This document shows positions 9,253 to 18,111 of a stretch of DNA of 64,000 bases, one piece after another. Made by a program: the position numbers and the translations under genes. Under the pieces are notes generated by a model that was not told the DNA's origin, ran no database searches, and was given only the letters and a program-made list of their open reading frames with translations. The DNA is taken from the IMG/VR virus record IMGVR_UViG_3300021185_002017; one strand, written 5' to 3'. Each line of letters begins with the position of its first letter. Positions within the stretch are counted from its first letter, which is position 1. The DNA comes from a virus. Taxonomy: Duplodnaviria; Caudoviricetes.

Positions 9253-9890
9253 CCGTTATCTTGATATTTTTGATACAAGTCATTGATGTCTGTGATCATT
9301 GTGTACGAATATCTTTCGAAATCTTTTTCGTACCATGTATTAAATTTATCTAATGTTTCCTGTGAATCGAAGTTTTCTTGTATATGAGAAAATGGAACTG
9401 GTTCAGGTACATGATGAATATGGGGCAGTTCTATTGGATATATTGCTTGAAAGTCTTCTACTAAGTTTTCAAACCGTATAAGTTTAACTTCACAATCTTC
9501 GTTAACTGAATTTTCCCAATCATTGAGTGTGGCTTGTATTGCCCATTTGTATTCAAAGTTTTTAAATCTAGCATGGTCTTCAGACCAATCTATTTTACTG
9601 TATCTTCTTGCTTCAGCAAAATGCTTCTTAAGAGTGTAATGAGTTTCGTAAATACCTTGCCTATTAATCCATCTTGTTAATGAAATTAATCTTTCATAAG
9701 GATCTCTAATACCTAGTGTAACCGAATTACCAACATCCATTTTGATAGTGATTGGACTATAATGAACATAAACTTGTTGCTTATAGTAGTTTCCATATTT
9801 TTCTTTAAACGATGGACTATGTTCTAGCAATGCTGTTATGATCGACGACCCACCTGTTTTAGGAGGGTGTAAATGAAAGTTGGCATTCAT
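9249..9890 (-). CDS. sulfotransferase family protein
   Basis: LHPPKTGGSS 5'-PSB and RDPYERLIS 3'-PB motifs. Confidence 0.8.
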   Translation of the reverse strand: MNANFHLHPPKTGGSSIITALLEHSPSFKEKYGNYYKQQVYVHYSPITIKMDVGNSVTLGIRDPYERLISLTRWINRQGIYETHYTLKKHFAEARRYSKIDWSEDHARFKNFEYKWAIQATLNDWENSVNEDCEVKLIRFENLVEDFQAIYPIELPHIHHVPEPVPFSHIQENFDSQETLDKFNTWYEKDFERYSYTMITDINDLYQKYQDNG

Positions 9891-9893
9891 TTT

Positions 9894-10367
9894 CTACTTC
9901 TTTTTCTTTTCCATTAACTTAACGGCTTTGTCATACTCTGCTTTAGGTATAACTTTTTCACGCAATAACTTATCTCTATTAACCATATGCTTTGCTTGAA
10001 CTTCTTCTTTACTGCCACCGAAGTATGCTACTGCATGTCCTTCTTCGACTAATATGTCTGTTGCCATACGACCGTCTAGTGCTATAAAGTCACCAAGTAC
10101 TCTACCAAACTTACCTCTCATATCTTCACCATCTCTGGCAATCTGAGTTTTAAGTATGCAAGACTTACCTAGTATTTCTTTTAATTTTGTTTTTGCTGCC
10201 AAGCCAAAAAGTTTTTCTACTTTATCCCTGGTTCTTGATTCGGGTGTATCAATGCCCATGATGCGAACTCTTTCGTCCATCATCCAAACACCAAACCCTA
10301 AGTCGATATTTACATCGACGGTGTCGCCGTCAACAATTTTGACGACATTCGCTTTATACTCGTACAT
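9894..10367 (-). CDS. thermonuclease (SNase-like) nuclease
   Basis: VDGDT, VRIMGIDTPE, GKFGRVLG motifs. Confidence 0.85.
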   Translation of the reverse strand: MYEYKANVVKIVDGDTVDVNIDLGFGVWMMDERVRIMGIDTPESRTRDKVEKLFGLAAKTKLKEILGKSCILKTQIARDGEDMRGKFGRVLGDFIALDGRMATDILVEEGHAVAYFGGSKEEVQAKHMVNRDKLLREKVIPKAEYDKAVKLMEKKKK

Positions 10368-10420
10368 GTGTTTCTCCCTGTTTGTACTGTTACCTATGTA
10401 CGAGTATTTATGATATTAAG

Positions 10421-10984
10421 TTATGGTTTAATAGTCCACCATGTAGCAAATTCTTCGTCTGTTTTATCCATTTCTAAATTGTAGTTACTAATATGTTCGT
10501 CAACTGCCTCCATGACACCAAACGGAATATTGCGTGGTCTGTGTCCCCAGCAGTAATCGTGTCCGCTCAGTATACCACCACTTCTAATTTTTGGCCACCA
10601 TGCTTTAATATCTTTAGACACAAAGTCATATGAATGATCACCATCTATGTACACAAAGTCTAGGCTGTTGTCGCCAAACAATCCTGCGGCATCTATGCCT
10701 GTGCTTCTTAGAAGTGTATGACCCATGCTGTTTAGTTTTTCTTGTGTGCTGAGAAATAAATTGTCTAACTTCTTTTGCTCACTAAAAACATTAGGGTCAG
10801 GTGTGTCAGCATAGTCCTCTCTAAACTCGTAAGGATCTACACCAACAAATATTTTGGGTTCTAGTTTTTGTATAATTTCTCTACTGTAGTCACCTTGCCA
10901 CACACCAACTTCGATGGCAGTGTTTACTTCGCCTAGATGCTGTTTGACTATCTTAGGTAACCAATTGGATCTATGTAATGACAT
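10421..10984 (-). CDS. class I SAM-dependent methyltransferase
   Basis: IEVGVWQG, LDFVYIDGDH, SGGILSGHDY. Confidence 0.85.
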   Translation of the reverse strand: MSLHRSNWLPKIVKQHLGEVNTAIEVGVWQGDYSREIIQKLEPKIFVGVDPYEFREDYADTPDPNVFSEQKKLDNLFLSTQEKLNSMGHTLLRSTGIDAAGLFGDNSLDFVYIDGDHSYDFVSKDIKAWWPKIRSGGILSGHDYCWGHRPRNIPFGVMEAVDEHISNYNLEMDKTDEEFATWWTIKP

Positions 10985-10995
10985 TATTCATTCCA

Positions 10996-11625
10996 TTAAG
11001 TTGATGTATAAAATATATGAGCACCTACTTTCTCAACCTTTTTGTAATGTGTACTCCAATAAGGCTGTACAAAATCTGCATGATACCATAATGCGTTGGT
11101 TGGTATAACTGAGTTGAGGTTACCACGAATAGCATCTTCGGCAATGTTAATACTCTCTAACCAAGATTCCATATTGCGTCTGATAACTCTACCTTTACTA
11201 TCTGTTAAGTAAAGTGTATCTGACTTGCCATCGCAGTACCAACTAAATTGACATTGATTCCTAATAGGAACTAGTCTGTTGTGATGTTCTAACCACCACT
11301 TAGAATGCTTTGCTTGATACACTACACCGCAAATTGTATTAGGATACTTTGGACTATCTACTCTGTTCATGGTAACATTTGCAACTGCAATTTTACCTTT
11401 AGTAGATTCTCCCCTTGCTTCAAAATAAATGTTTTTAGCAAGACAATGCATTTCGTCTACATCAATTTCTACTTGCTCAACTGTCTCCACGACAGTTACA
11501 CTTTCTGGAATTGCAATAGGATAGTATGCTTGTTCTTGTTTCTCGGTCATTATAGAATTGGTAAATCCTACAATGCCCCAAACTAGCAATCCTGCAAATG
11601 ATGCAGCATATAAATGATCTTTCAT
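10996..11625 (-). CDS. SleB-like cell wall hydrolase with N-terminal TM anchor
   Basis: CLAKNIYFEARGE, VANVTMNRV, CQFSWYCDG, WYHADFV..W. Confidence 0.9.
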   Translation of the reverse strand: MKDHLYAASFAGLLVWGIVGFTNSIMTEKQEQAYYPIAIPESVTVVETVEQVEIDVDEMHCLAKNIYFEARGESTKGKIAVANVTMNRVDSPKYPNTICGVVYQAKHSKWWLEHHNRLVPIRNQCQFSWYCDGKSDTLYLTDSKGRVIRRNMESWLESINIAEDAIRGNLNSVIPTNALWYHADFVQPYWSTHYKKVEKVGAHIFYTST

Positions 11626-11662
11626 ATCAAGCCCCCCACTAATATTCGCACTTGGCGTAAAT

Positions 11663-11953
11663 TTACTTGATGAGCTGAATGCTCGAGGTCATTTCAGTAT
11701 ACTTATCTGCAATTTCTTTTTGAGTTACAGCGTATGTTAATACTGTTGTCATGTTAATGTCAACATGCTTAGGCTCTGCACTCATTAACCACGGTACCAT
11801 TCCAATACCCTGTTGTCCTGGTGCTAATACAACAACTTTGCTTAAAGTAAGTGTATCGCCTTCTTGTTTTTCAAATCGTGATATTAGTTCTTCGCCAGAT
11901 ACTAATTTAGTTGTAATTACTTCACCACTTTTTAACGGCTTATCAAATAACAT
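11663..11953 (-). CDS. small beta-barrel (Sm/LSm-like) protein
   Basis: GEVITTKLVSGEELI motif; start at ATG after GAGG SD; paralog of 49762..50070. Confidence 0.5.
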   Translation of the reverse strand: MLFDKPLKSGEVITTKLVSGEELISRFEKQEGDTLTLSKVVVLAPGQQGIGMVPWLMSAEPKHVDINMTTVLTYAVTQKEIADKYTEMTSSIQLIK

Positions 11954-11983
11954 ATAATCCTCGTTTTTAATTTGTATTCTACT

Positions 11984-12012
11984 ATTATATACTATGTTAA
12001 CCCACCTGTCAA
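11984..12012 (-). promoter_or_regulatory. sigma70-type promoter
   Basis: perfect TTGACA-17 nt-TATAAT. Confidence 0.85.
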
Positions 12013-12074
12013 CACTTATTTGCGGTAAAAAAGCCTGTTTTCCCACACTTTTCTGCGTATAGAGTTAAATAAAA

Positions 12075-12220
12075 GCGTTGGACAGAAATTAAAGTCTAGC
12101 AAGTTAAAAGTAATGCGTCCCTCTAAGAATACGCTATATAGTTCCAGGAGAACACAATGACTGTGCCAACATTTTTAGTAGAAACAACAGGGCCCTGAAG
12201 TTTTACTAACATAGGAACTC
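12075..12220 (+). ncRNA. candidate structured RNA carrying a 13-codon micro-ORF (12157..12198)
   Basis: TAAATA box at 12066; several stems; AGGAG-6 nt-ATG..TGA. Confidence 0.35.
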
Positions 12221-12230
12221 ACCGTTAATT

Positions 12231-12932
12231 CTAGGTGGAAGTTCGTAACCTTTGCATTGTCTGCAATCTATCTCCACTATCACGACTGCCATGCAAATGT
12301 ATTGCTCTAGCATCAGACAAATTTATTTTGTTATGTCTATAGTCTTGAGGACCGCCTGTAAGCATTTGATATGCTAACCAAGGTTTGAGTATTTCTGCTA
12401 ACTTGATGTCTTGTGAGAACATCATAGCATTGTATATAATTTGTTCACTATCCCATCTATCAGGATTCCAATTTTCAACCATCTCTATGCCTAGGTCCCA
12501 AACACTTTGGTTCATATCTTTTGGGTAGTATCTAATACCACAATTAAAAAAGTGTTCAAACTCTACATTGTAAAAGTCATCTCTTGTTGAGGTAGGGTCA
12601 GTTAAGTTGAACATTGCAAACTTGTTAATCTGGTCAAAGTAATTAACTTGCTTTACAAATAGTACATCAAGATCAGCATATAAAATATTATGTCCTTCTT
12701 TCCACAGTTCATATATTTCGTAAAAGTTCTTTTTAAATACATCTCTGATGTTGTCTGCTTCACCTCTAAACACTTTTACTTTGTCTAAATTTTGTATGTG
12801 TTCTTCTGCACTAGCAACACATAGTTTTTCCATACCAGTGTAATTACTTTCTAAATTCTGTTCGTTAGTTCTATCATTGTACCACTTTGTGTGATCGTTG
12901 ATTGTATAATTTTTGCACACTAAAATGTTCAT
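12231..12932 (-). CDS. GT-A fold glycosyltransferase / nucleotide-diphospho-sugar transferase
   Basis: ILYADLDV DxD motif, FFNCG, SEQ, IHLHG. Confidence 0.7.
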   Translation of the reverse strand: MNILVCKNYTINDHTKWYNDRTNEQNLESNYTGMEKLCVASAEEHIQNLDKVKVFRGEADNIRDVFKKNFYEIYELWKEGHNILYADLDVLFVKQVNYFDQINKFAMFNLTDPTSTRDDFYNVEFEHFFNCGIRYYPKDMNQSVWDLGIEMVENWNPDRWDSEQIIYNAMMFSQDIKLAEILKPWLAYQMLTGGPQDYRHNKINLSDARAIHLHGSRDSGDRLQTMQRLRTST

Positions 12933-14203
12933 GACATTATCTCTTCTACTGCATCGTGAACACCGTACTTTTGTCCATGGTCACGCATTATGCTTCTATT
13001 GTGTAATAAGATGTTTACATAACTTTTTTTCAAATCATACAAATGGTCCGTTCCTAGTGCAAGTACTTCTTTTACACAAGACTTGTATGATTCCCACCTA
13101 TCACTTTTTAAAAAGGTCTTTGTTGATACTGTATCGCCTACTTCTGCAACTAGCGGAATAGAATCGTAACTGTAATCAATCCAATCAGGGAATTTAAATT
13201 TATATTCTTGTTTTAATAATTCTATAGTTCCTGGAAAACCAAGAGGCATTACAAAATGACCTTTGCACATTGGCGTAAGTGTTTTTTCAGTTATAAGTTT
13301 AGATTTCATAGTATCTAAGTATAGTAATGTTTCAATATAAATGCTTAACACAGAAGTATCGTAAAAATCGTTATGTGGTGGAGAGAATCCATATCCTCTT
13401 ACTCCTAATACAGCAAACTCATCTTCTAGAGAGTAGTTAGGTATTAGTGTAGCACCTTGTGTCATGTCTCCTATGTACCCTTGATAATCATAAAGGAACG
13501 AGTTTAGTTCTCTCCTAGCAACATTCCTCATAGACTTAGCATGAACTTCATCAGAACCTCTGCGTGTTATACTTGGTGTAACAAACATTTTTCCAGTCAA
13601 CTCAATACGACTTTTGTGTAGTAGTCTGTACCTGTTTAGTTTAGGTACTATATCTGCATCTGGTGTAAGACCATAAATGCTTTCAGGAAACTCTTCAATA
13701 AAATTGTTGTACCAGTGATTAAAATTTGTTATTGTAGGCCATTTTTCTGCTACAAAATTATTGTCAAAATGCAACACATGCGATCTGTTAAACAAGAAAT
13801 CAGTGTATACAAAACTATGATGACTGTCTTTGTTATCGCGAAGTTCGATGTCGTTATGTAGATGAATTAGTTTTCTAAAAGGATGTTCGACACTATCTAA
13901 ACTTTCAACAAACACTGTTATGTCAGACATAGTAACTTCATCTATGTGCATTAATGATGAAATGTTCACCGACACCTGATTTTTATTGAAGTGCTTTGCA
14001 CACTGTTCAAATACAACATTTATATCTAAATCATTATCGTACATCATTGGCACAATGTCTGCCTCAGATGGTTCTGGAACAAATTCAAATATATCTTGAT
14101 TGTTAAACAACACATACAGATCAACAGAGCGACCCATTAGTAGAGTAACGCCCTGTTCTGTTTGTACTGGTTGTACTACTGCTTCAAATACTTTAACTTT
14201 CAT
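12929..14203 (-). CDS. putative glycosyltransferase-like protein (ITEK family)
   Basis: SIYIET..LITEKT..GHFVMPLG..YKF..WIDYSYD. Confidence 0.55.
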   Translation of the reverse strand: MKVKVFEAVVQPVQTEQGVTLLMGRSVDLYVLFNNQDIFEFVPEPSEADIVPMMYDNDLDINVVFEQCAKHFNKNQVSVNISSLMHIDEVTMSDITVFVESLDSVEHPFRKLIHLHNDIELRDNKDSHHSFVYTDFLFNRSHVLHFDNNFVAEKWPTITNFNHWYNNFIEEFPESIYGLTPDADIVPKLNRYRLLHKSRIELTGKMFVTPSITRRGSDEVHAKSMRNVARRELNSFLYDYQGYIGDMTQGATLIPNYSLEDEFAVLGVRGYGFSPPHNDFYDTSVLSIYIETLLYLDTMKSKLITEKTLTPMCKGHFVMPLGFPGTIELLKQEYKFKFPDWIDYSYDSIPLVAEVGDTVSTKTFLKSDRWESYKSCVKEVLALGTDHLYDLKKSYVNILLHNRSIMRDHGQKYGVHDAVEEIMS

Positions 14204-15239
14204 TCATTCTCATAGCCTGATTGTACAGTTGCTCACTTGCTAGGTTCTTAGCCTTAGCCTCACACTGAATATCAAACTGAGACCAAAAGCTCAGTGCCCA
14301 TGCATTAGCATCATAGTTAGGGAAATAATCTGAATGAGCTCTCAACTTCTGCTTCTTGTGACCTTCTTCAAGTAATCCCACGATATCATGCATACGAGTG
14401 TGGGTATCGTTAGTATTAGGTAAATGCTCGTCACGACTGTAACTGTAATGCATAGCAGGGCGAACTCCACGCCAACTGTCGATAACTGCTTTAACACGGT
14501 CATCTTGTGGTTGTATGTATTCTTCATCTCTAATCCAGTGGTGGTGTATGTCAAGGACAAGTGCTACATGGTCTACTAGTTTGAGACTCTCGTCAAGTCC
14601 CCAGCACATCTCGTCATTCTCGATCGTAATTGTATTTAGTGCCTCGGGTGACAAACGAGGCAATACTTTGATAAGACCTTCTGCACCTAGCCTGCCGGAT
14701 ACATGCACATTAATCTTAAAGTCTTGGAACTCTTTGCCATAGCCCATCCACCTTGCCATGTTAACATGATACTCAAACTCGTCAATACTGCGTTCAACAA
14801 CATCTGGCCTATCACTGGCAAGTACACAAAACTGACCTGGATGAAAACTGAGACGAACATCTTTGTCTCTAGCAAGTTGGCCTACTTTAGCAAAACCTTC
14901 TTCTAACATCTTAACATTAGTAGGGTCTTGCCATAGGTATGACCAATTTTCATGTGTAGCGGCAGGTAACTGATTGCTACCTAGTCTAACCATTCTACGA
15001 TTTTCGGGTAAGGTACTAACATATTCAACAAGGTTGTATGCACTTTGCATGTTGTGTGTTGCAATGTCAAGCATACGCTCTTCTGCTACAGCCTTGTCTT
15101 GTCTATTAAGCCATGTAACAGTAGTTTGTCGCTCTGTAAAATTTTGTTGTATTTCTTTTAGTACTTTGGGTTTCTGCGATTGATCTGGGTCTAGATACTT
15201 ACAGCAAAAACCGATGCGTTGTAAATCATTGTCGAACAT
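14193..15239 (-). CDS. uvdE: UV-damage endonuclease UvsE/UvdE
   Basis: RLSFHPGQF, TIENDE, LVLDIHHHW, RAHSDY, EAKAK motifs. Confidence 0.9.
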   Translation of the reverse strand: MFDNDLQRIGFCCKYLDPDQSQKPKVLKEIQQNFTERQTTVTWLNRQDKAVAEERMLDIATHNMQSAYNLVEYVSTLPENRRMVRLGSNQLPAATHENWSYLWQDPTNVKMLEEGFAKVGQLARDKDVRLSFHPGQFCVLASDRPDVVERSIDEFEYHVNMARWMGYGKEFQDFKINVHVSGRLGAEGLIKVLPRLSPEALNTITIENDEMCWGLDESLKLVDHVALVLDIHHHWIRDEEYIQPQDDRVKAVIDSWRGVRPAMHYSYSRDEHLPNTNDTHTRMHDIVGLLEEGHKKQKLRAHSDYFPNYDANAWALSFWSQFDIQCEAKAKNLASEQLYNQAMRMNES

Positions 15240-15266
15240 ATATTACCTACCTGTAGTAAAAGTGTT

Positions 15267-15295
15267 ATTATAAACTAACACAACGAGTATGTCAA
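15267..15295 (-). promoter_or_regulatory. sigma70-type promoter for uvdE
   Basis: TTGACA-17 nt-TATAAT. Confidence 0.8.
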
Positions 15296-15300
15296 GTAAC

Positions 15301-15375
15301 TGGTACTCCCTAGGAGAGTCGAACTCCTGTTGCCGAGATGAAAACCCGGTGTCCTAACCACTAGACGAAGGGAGC
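15301..15375 (-). tRNA. tRNA-Glu(TTC)
   Basis: cloverleaf, anticodon arm CCGGG-TT TTC AT-CTCGG, GTTCGA T-loop, CCA encoded. Confidence 0.95.
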
Positions 15376-15381
15376 ATAAAT

Positions 15382-15457
15382 TGGAAGGATGGTCTGCAGT
15401 CGTTACGCCAGTTGTAACTAAATTGTGAACTCCGCATACATTCGCAGACCTGTCCTT
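15382..15457 (-). ncRNA. candidate tRNA-sized CCA-ending non-tRNA RNA
   Basis: AAGGA/TCCTT plus GGTCTGC/GCAGACC closing helix, 3' CCA, no T-loop. Confidence 0.45.
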
Positions 15458-15490
15458 TACCCGAGTCATAAGACCCCTATTAAACATCTA

Positions 15491-15548
15491 TTGCAAACGG
15501 TACACTTAGGGATTGACCCAATTTACGAAATACCACTCGAGTTTGCAA
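15491..15548 (-). ncRNA. candidate structured RNA at start of the tRNA-Glu transcript
   Basis: 8-bp TTGCAAAC/GTTTGCAA stem with inner GGTA/TACC and GGG/CCC stems. Confidence 0.35.
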
Positions 15549-15557
15549 CATGCACAT

Positions 15558-15586
15558 ATTATACTAAGAAGTAGGTGTTATGTCAA
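15558..15586 (-). promoter_or_regulatory. sigma70-type promoter for RNA cluster
   Basis: TTGACA-17 nt-TATAAT. Confidence 0.8.
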
Positions 15587-15593
15587 CCTATTT

Positions 15594-15782
15594 TTAACTT
15601 GTTAGTAAGTCTATTGCTTGTTGTGTTTGTTCAGGTGTTGGAACAGTGTTAGTTACAGGGCTCTCAAATGCATGTAATATCTGTAGTGCTTTGCTATACA
15701 GCTCTTCTGTGCTGTTAGCAGTCATTATGACGGTGTCGTTGTCAACAATGCAATATTTTTCGTCTATAACCATCAAATTCAT
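15594..15782 (-). CDS. hypothetical protein
   Basis: ATG 5 nt after ATAAGTA box. Confidence 0.55.
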   Translation of the reverse strand: MNLMVIDEKYCIVDNDTVIMTANSTEELYSKALQILHAFESPVTNTVPTPEQTQQAIDLLTS

Positions 15783-15896
15783 ATAAGTACTTATATACAA
15801 ATACACCTCAATAATAATATTTTTGATTAACACATTTTAATTTTTTGATAAATATATAGAACATAACAACAACTCTATCAGCAGGAATCAAATACC

Positions 15897-16502
15897 GTGG
15901 CAGACATAAAAAAATATAACTTAAAGGGCGTAGGCGCTAATGTAGAACTTGGTAAACAAGGTTCTTATATCAGCGGTACATCGGACGCCGTTTCATTCTT
16001 CAACAATACAGATGCATTACAAAAAGTAAGCATTGCGAATGCTACTCTAGCAGGACATGCTATTACTAAGGCACAACTTGACGATGTAAGTGGTGACCTA
16101 ATACAGCATTTTACTACCGAATTCGAATATGATACCGGCACTGTAAACTTAGCAAATGTAACTTCAGGCTCTAGAGTTATTGGCGTAACAGTTGATATCC
16201 CAACAGCATGGACAGCAGATAACAACACTGCAACTTTTGTAGAAGTTGGTGATAGCGGATCAGCATCTAGATACATGAGATCCGGTGATGTAGATATTAA
16301 ACTCGTAGGACAGTATCATAGTCAATATCAATATGAATATGATTCAGCAGATACACTAACACTAAAAGTAACACCAGGTACTGCTACAGCAGGCGTTGGT
16401 TCAGTTAGTTTAGTCATATCAAGTGGTGTTATTACTGTTACAGATTACGGTGGCATCCAAAGTTCAGCAGATGTAAACAACGACCTAGGTAACATAGCAT
16501 AA
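15897..16502 (+). CDS. putative virion structural protein
   Basis: T/S/G-rich beta protein; N-terminus KYNLKGVG..VELGKQG shared with next gene. Confidence 0.6.
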   Translation: MADIKKYNLKGVGANVELGKQGSYISGTSDAVSFFNNTDALQKVSIANATLAGHAITKAQLDDVSGDLIQHFTTEFEYDTGTVNLANVTSGSRVIGVTVDIPTAWTADNNTATFVEVGDSGSASRYMRSGDVDIKLVGQYHSQYQYEYDSADTLTLKVTPGTATAGVGSVSLVISSGVITVTDYGGIQSSADVNNDLGNIA

Positions 16503-16512
16503 GGAACTTACT

Positions 16513-17052
16513 ATGAAGCAATACAATTTGAAAGGTGTTGGACAAACAGTTGAGTTAGGAAAGCAGGGACCTAAAATTGTAGGTTCCGGCAACTCCGTAG
16601 CACTACAAGATAAAGATGGTAATGCTGAAATAATGATCATGTCTCCAGGTACTGATCCTGAACATGCTGTTACTTTAGCTCAATTAGAAACTGAAACAGG
16701 CTATCGTATTATGACAGTTAATGAGACTGTTACTCATGACGGTGGCAATCAATATCTATTTACTGCAAAAGCAAACACTACTATACTAGGTGCAATGATT
16801 GAAAAGACTGCAGGTAACTGGTCAGACTATGATGGGTTCACTGATATTACTATTGGTGATGCTGCAGATAACGATAGATTATTTTCTCAAGGTTGGACTC
16901 CAGACGGAACTCAAGCAATAGGAGAAACACAGCACACTTATACTGCTGAAACAGATATTTACGCCTATGTAACTCAAGGCGGTGCTACAGCAGGTAGTGC
17001 AAGAATCAGAATTAAACACACAGGACCTGATTTAGATCAAACTGGTCCATAG
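16513..17052 (+). CDS. putative virion structural protein (paralog of 15897)
   Basis: shared N-terminal motif and VGD/IGD..RY/RLF segment. Confidence 0.6.
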   Translation: MKQYNLKGVGQTVELGKQGPKIVGSGNSVALQDKDGNAEIMIMSPGTDPEHAVTLAQLETETGYRIMTVNETVTHDGGNQYLFTAKANTTILGAMIEKTAGNWSDYDGFTDITIGDAADNDRLFSQGWTPDGTQAIGETQHTYTAETDIYAYVTQGGATAGSARIRIKHTGPDLDQTGP

Positions 17053-17058
17053 TAGACT

Positions 17059-17787
17059 ATGAACATTTCCGATATTACAGAAGCAAAGGTAGCAAGGGCT
17101 AGTGACAAGAAACCGAAGAAGATAAAACCTTCCTCAGGTCACGAAAGCCCTCATCCTATGCAAGGTAAACTTGTCGGAGAAAGCAAACCTCAAAAGCCTA
17201 AGCCTTATGAGCCTAACAAAAATCAACCAAACCCAGTAGCAAAACATTCTCGCAACAAGAGTGGTGCTGGTGCTCACAAGTCACCAAAAGACTACAGTAG
17301 AAAAAACAAAAAGTCAGATATCAGTTCTCAAATGAATGAAGGTCCTTTAGTTTTACAAGGCAAACATGGCGTTAACGGTATGATTGACAAATTTCTAGAT
17401 ACATGGAAAAGTAAAAATCCTACTGAAGAAGAGTACGCAGATTTAATGAAAGTACTAGGTAAACACATAGAGTTTCAAGACGGTAAAAGAGTTGTTCTCA
17501 CAGATTTGGAAGAAGGCAACGGCAATATCCGTAAAGCAATGGGTGCTGCAGCCTTGATTGCTGCCCTTGGGTTAAGTATGCCATCAGCGAAGGATACTCC
17601 GCTAGGCAAAGAACTATCACAAGCGGCGTCTGCAGGCGACGAGGTTGCTGCATACCACCTCAAAAACATGGATTTGTATGTTGAAGCAAATGACCAAAGA
17701 ACATTAGTAAATCTAAAAATTAAATATTTAGAAGATTCTGATAGGGACGATGTTGAAGCATACCTTGCTAAAAAAGCAGGAAAATAA
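17059..17787 (+). CDS. putative internal head protein
   Basis: leader MNISDITE; basic modules separated by VGE, MNE, LEE. Confidence 0.5.
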   Translation: MNISDITEAKVARASDKKPKKIKPSSGHESPHPMQGKLVGESKPQKPKPYEPNKNQPNPVAKHSRNKSGAGAHKSPKDYSRKNKKSDISSQMNEGPLVLQGKHGVNGMIDKFLDTWKSKNPTEEEYADLMKVLGKHIEFQDGKRVVLTDLEEGNGNIRKAMGAAALIAALGLSMPSAKDTPLGKELSQAASAGDEVAAYHLKNMDLYVEANDQRTLVNLKIKYLEDSDRDDVEAYLAKKAGK

Positions 17788-17796
17788 AGGACTATT

Positions 17797-18081
17797 ATGT
17801 TAGACACTATATCAGCGATGCTCAGCGACAGGCTGTGGATCTACACTGCAATTGCAGGCGCACTTTTAGGTGCGGCATTCTTAGCATGGTTCAAAGGAAC
17901 AAGAGCAGGTTTATGGTGTTATAGTAAATTTGACCAGTTCTTAGATTACCTAGTGCAACGCTGGGGATGGACATGGTTAGCAGAAGATGAAAATGCATGG
18001 CGCAAACGCTATCCTAAAGTTACTGCAAAAATTGATGATCTCGAAGCAAGACTTGCTAAACTAGAAAACAAAAAAAAGTAA
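17797..18081 (+). CDS. small membrane protein
   Basis: N-terminal TM helix, C-terminal coiled coil. Confidence 0.65.
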   Translation: MLDTISAMLSDRLWIYTAIAGALLGAAFLAWFKGTRAGLWCYSKFDQFLDYLVQRWGWTWLAEDENAWRKRYPKVTAKIDDLEARLAKLENKKK

Positions 18082-18111
18082 TTATTTAACTCTGTTGTCA
18101 TAAGTAGTTGT

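Noticed and set aside
12157-12198. 2A-like or +1 frameshift reading of VETTGP / CCC-TGA
   Set aside because: Lacks the NPGP consensus, and the +1 frame closes within ~10 codons
15382-15490. tmRNA (one- or two-piece)
   Set aside because: No T-arm before CCA, no GAC motif in context, no tag ORF visible
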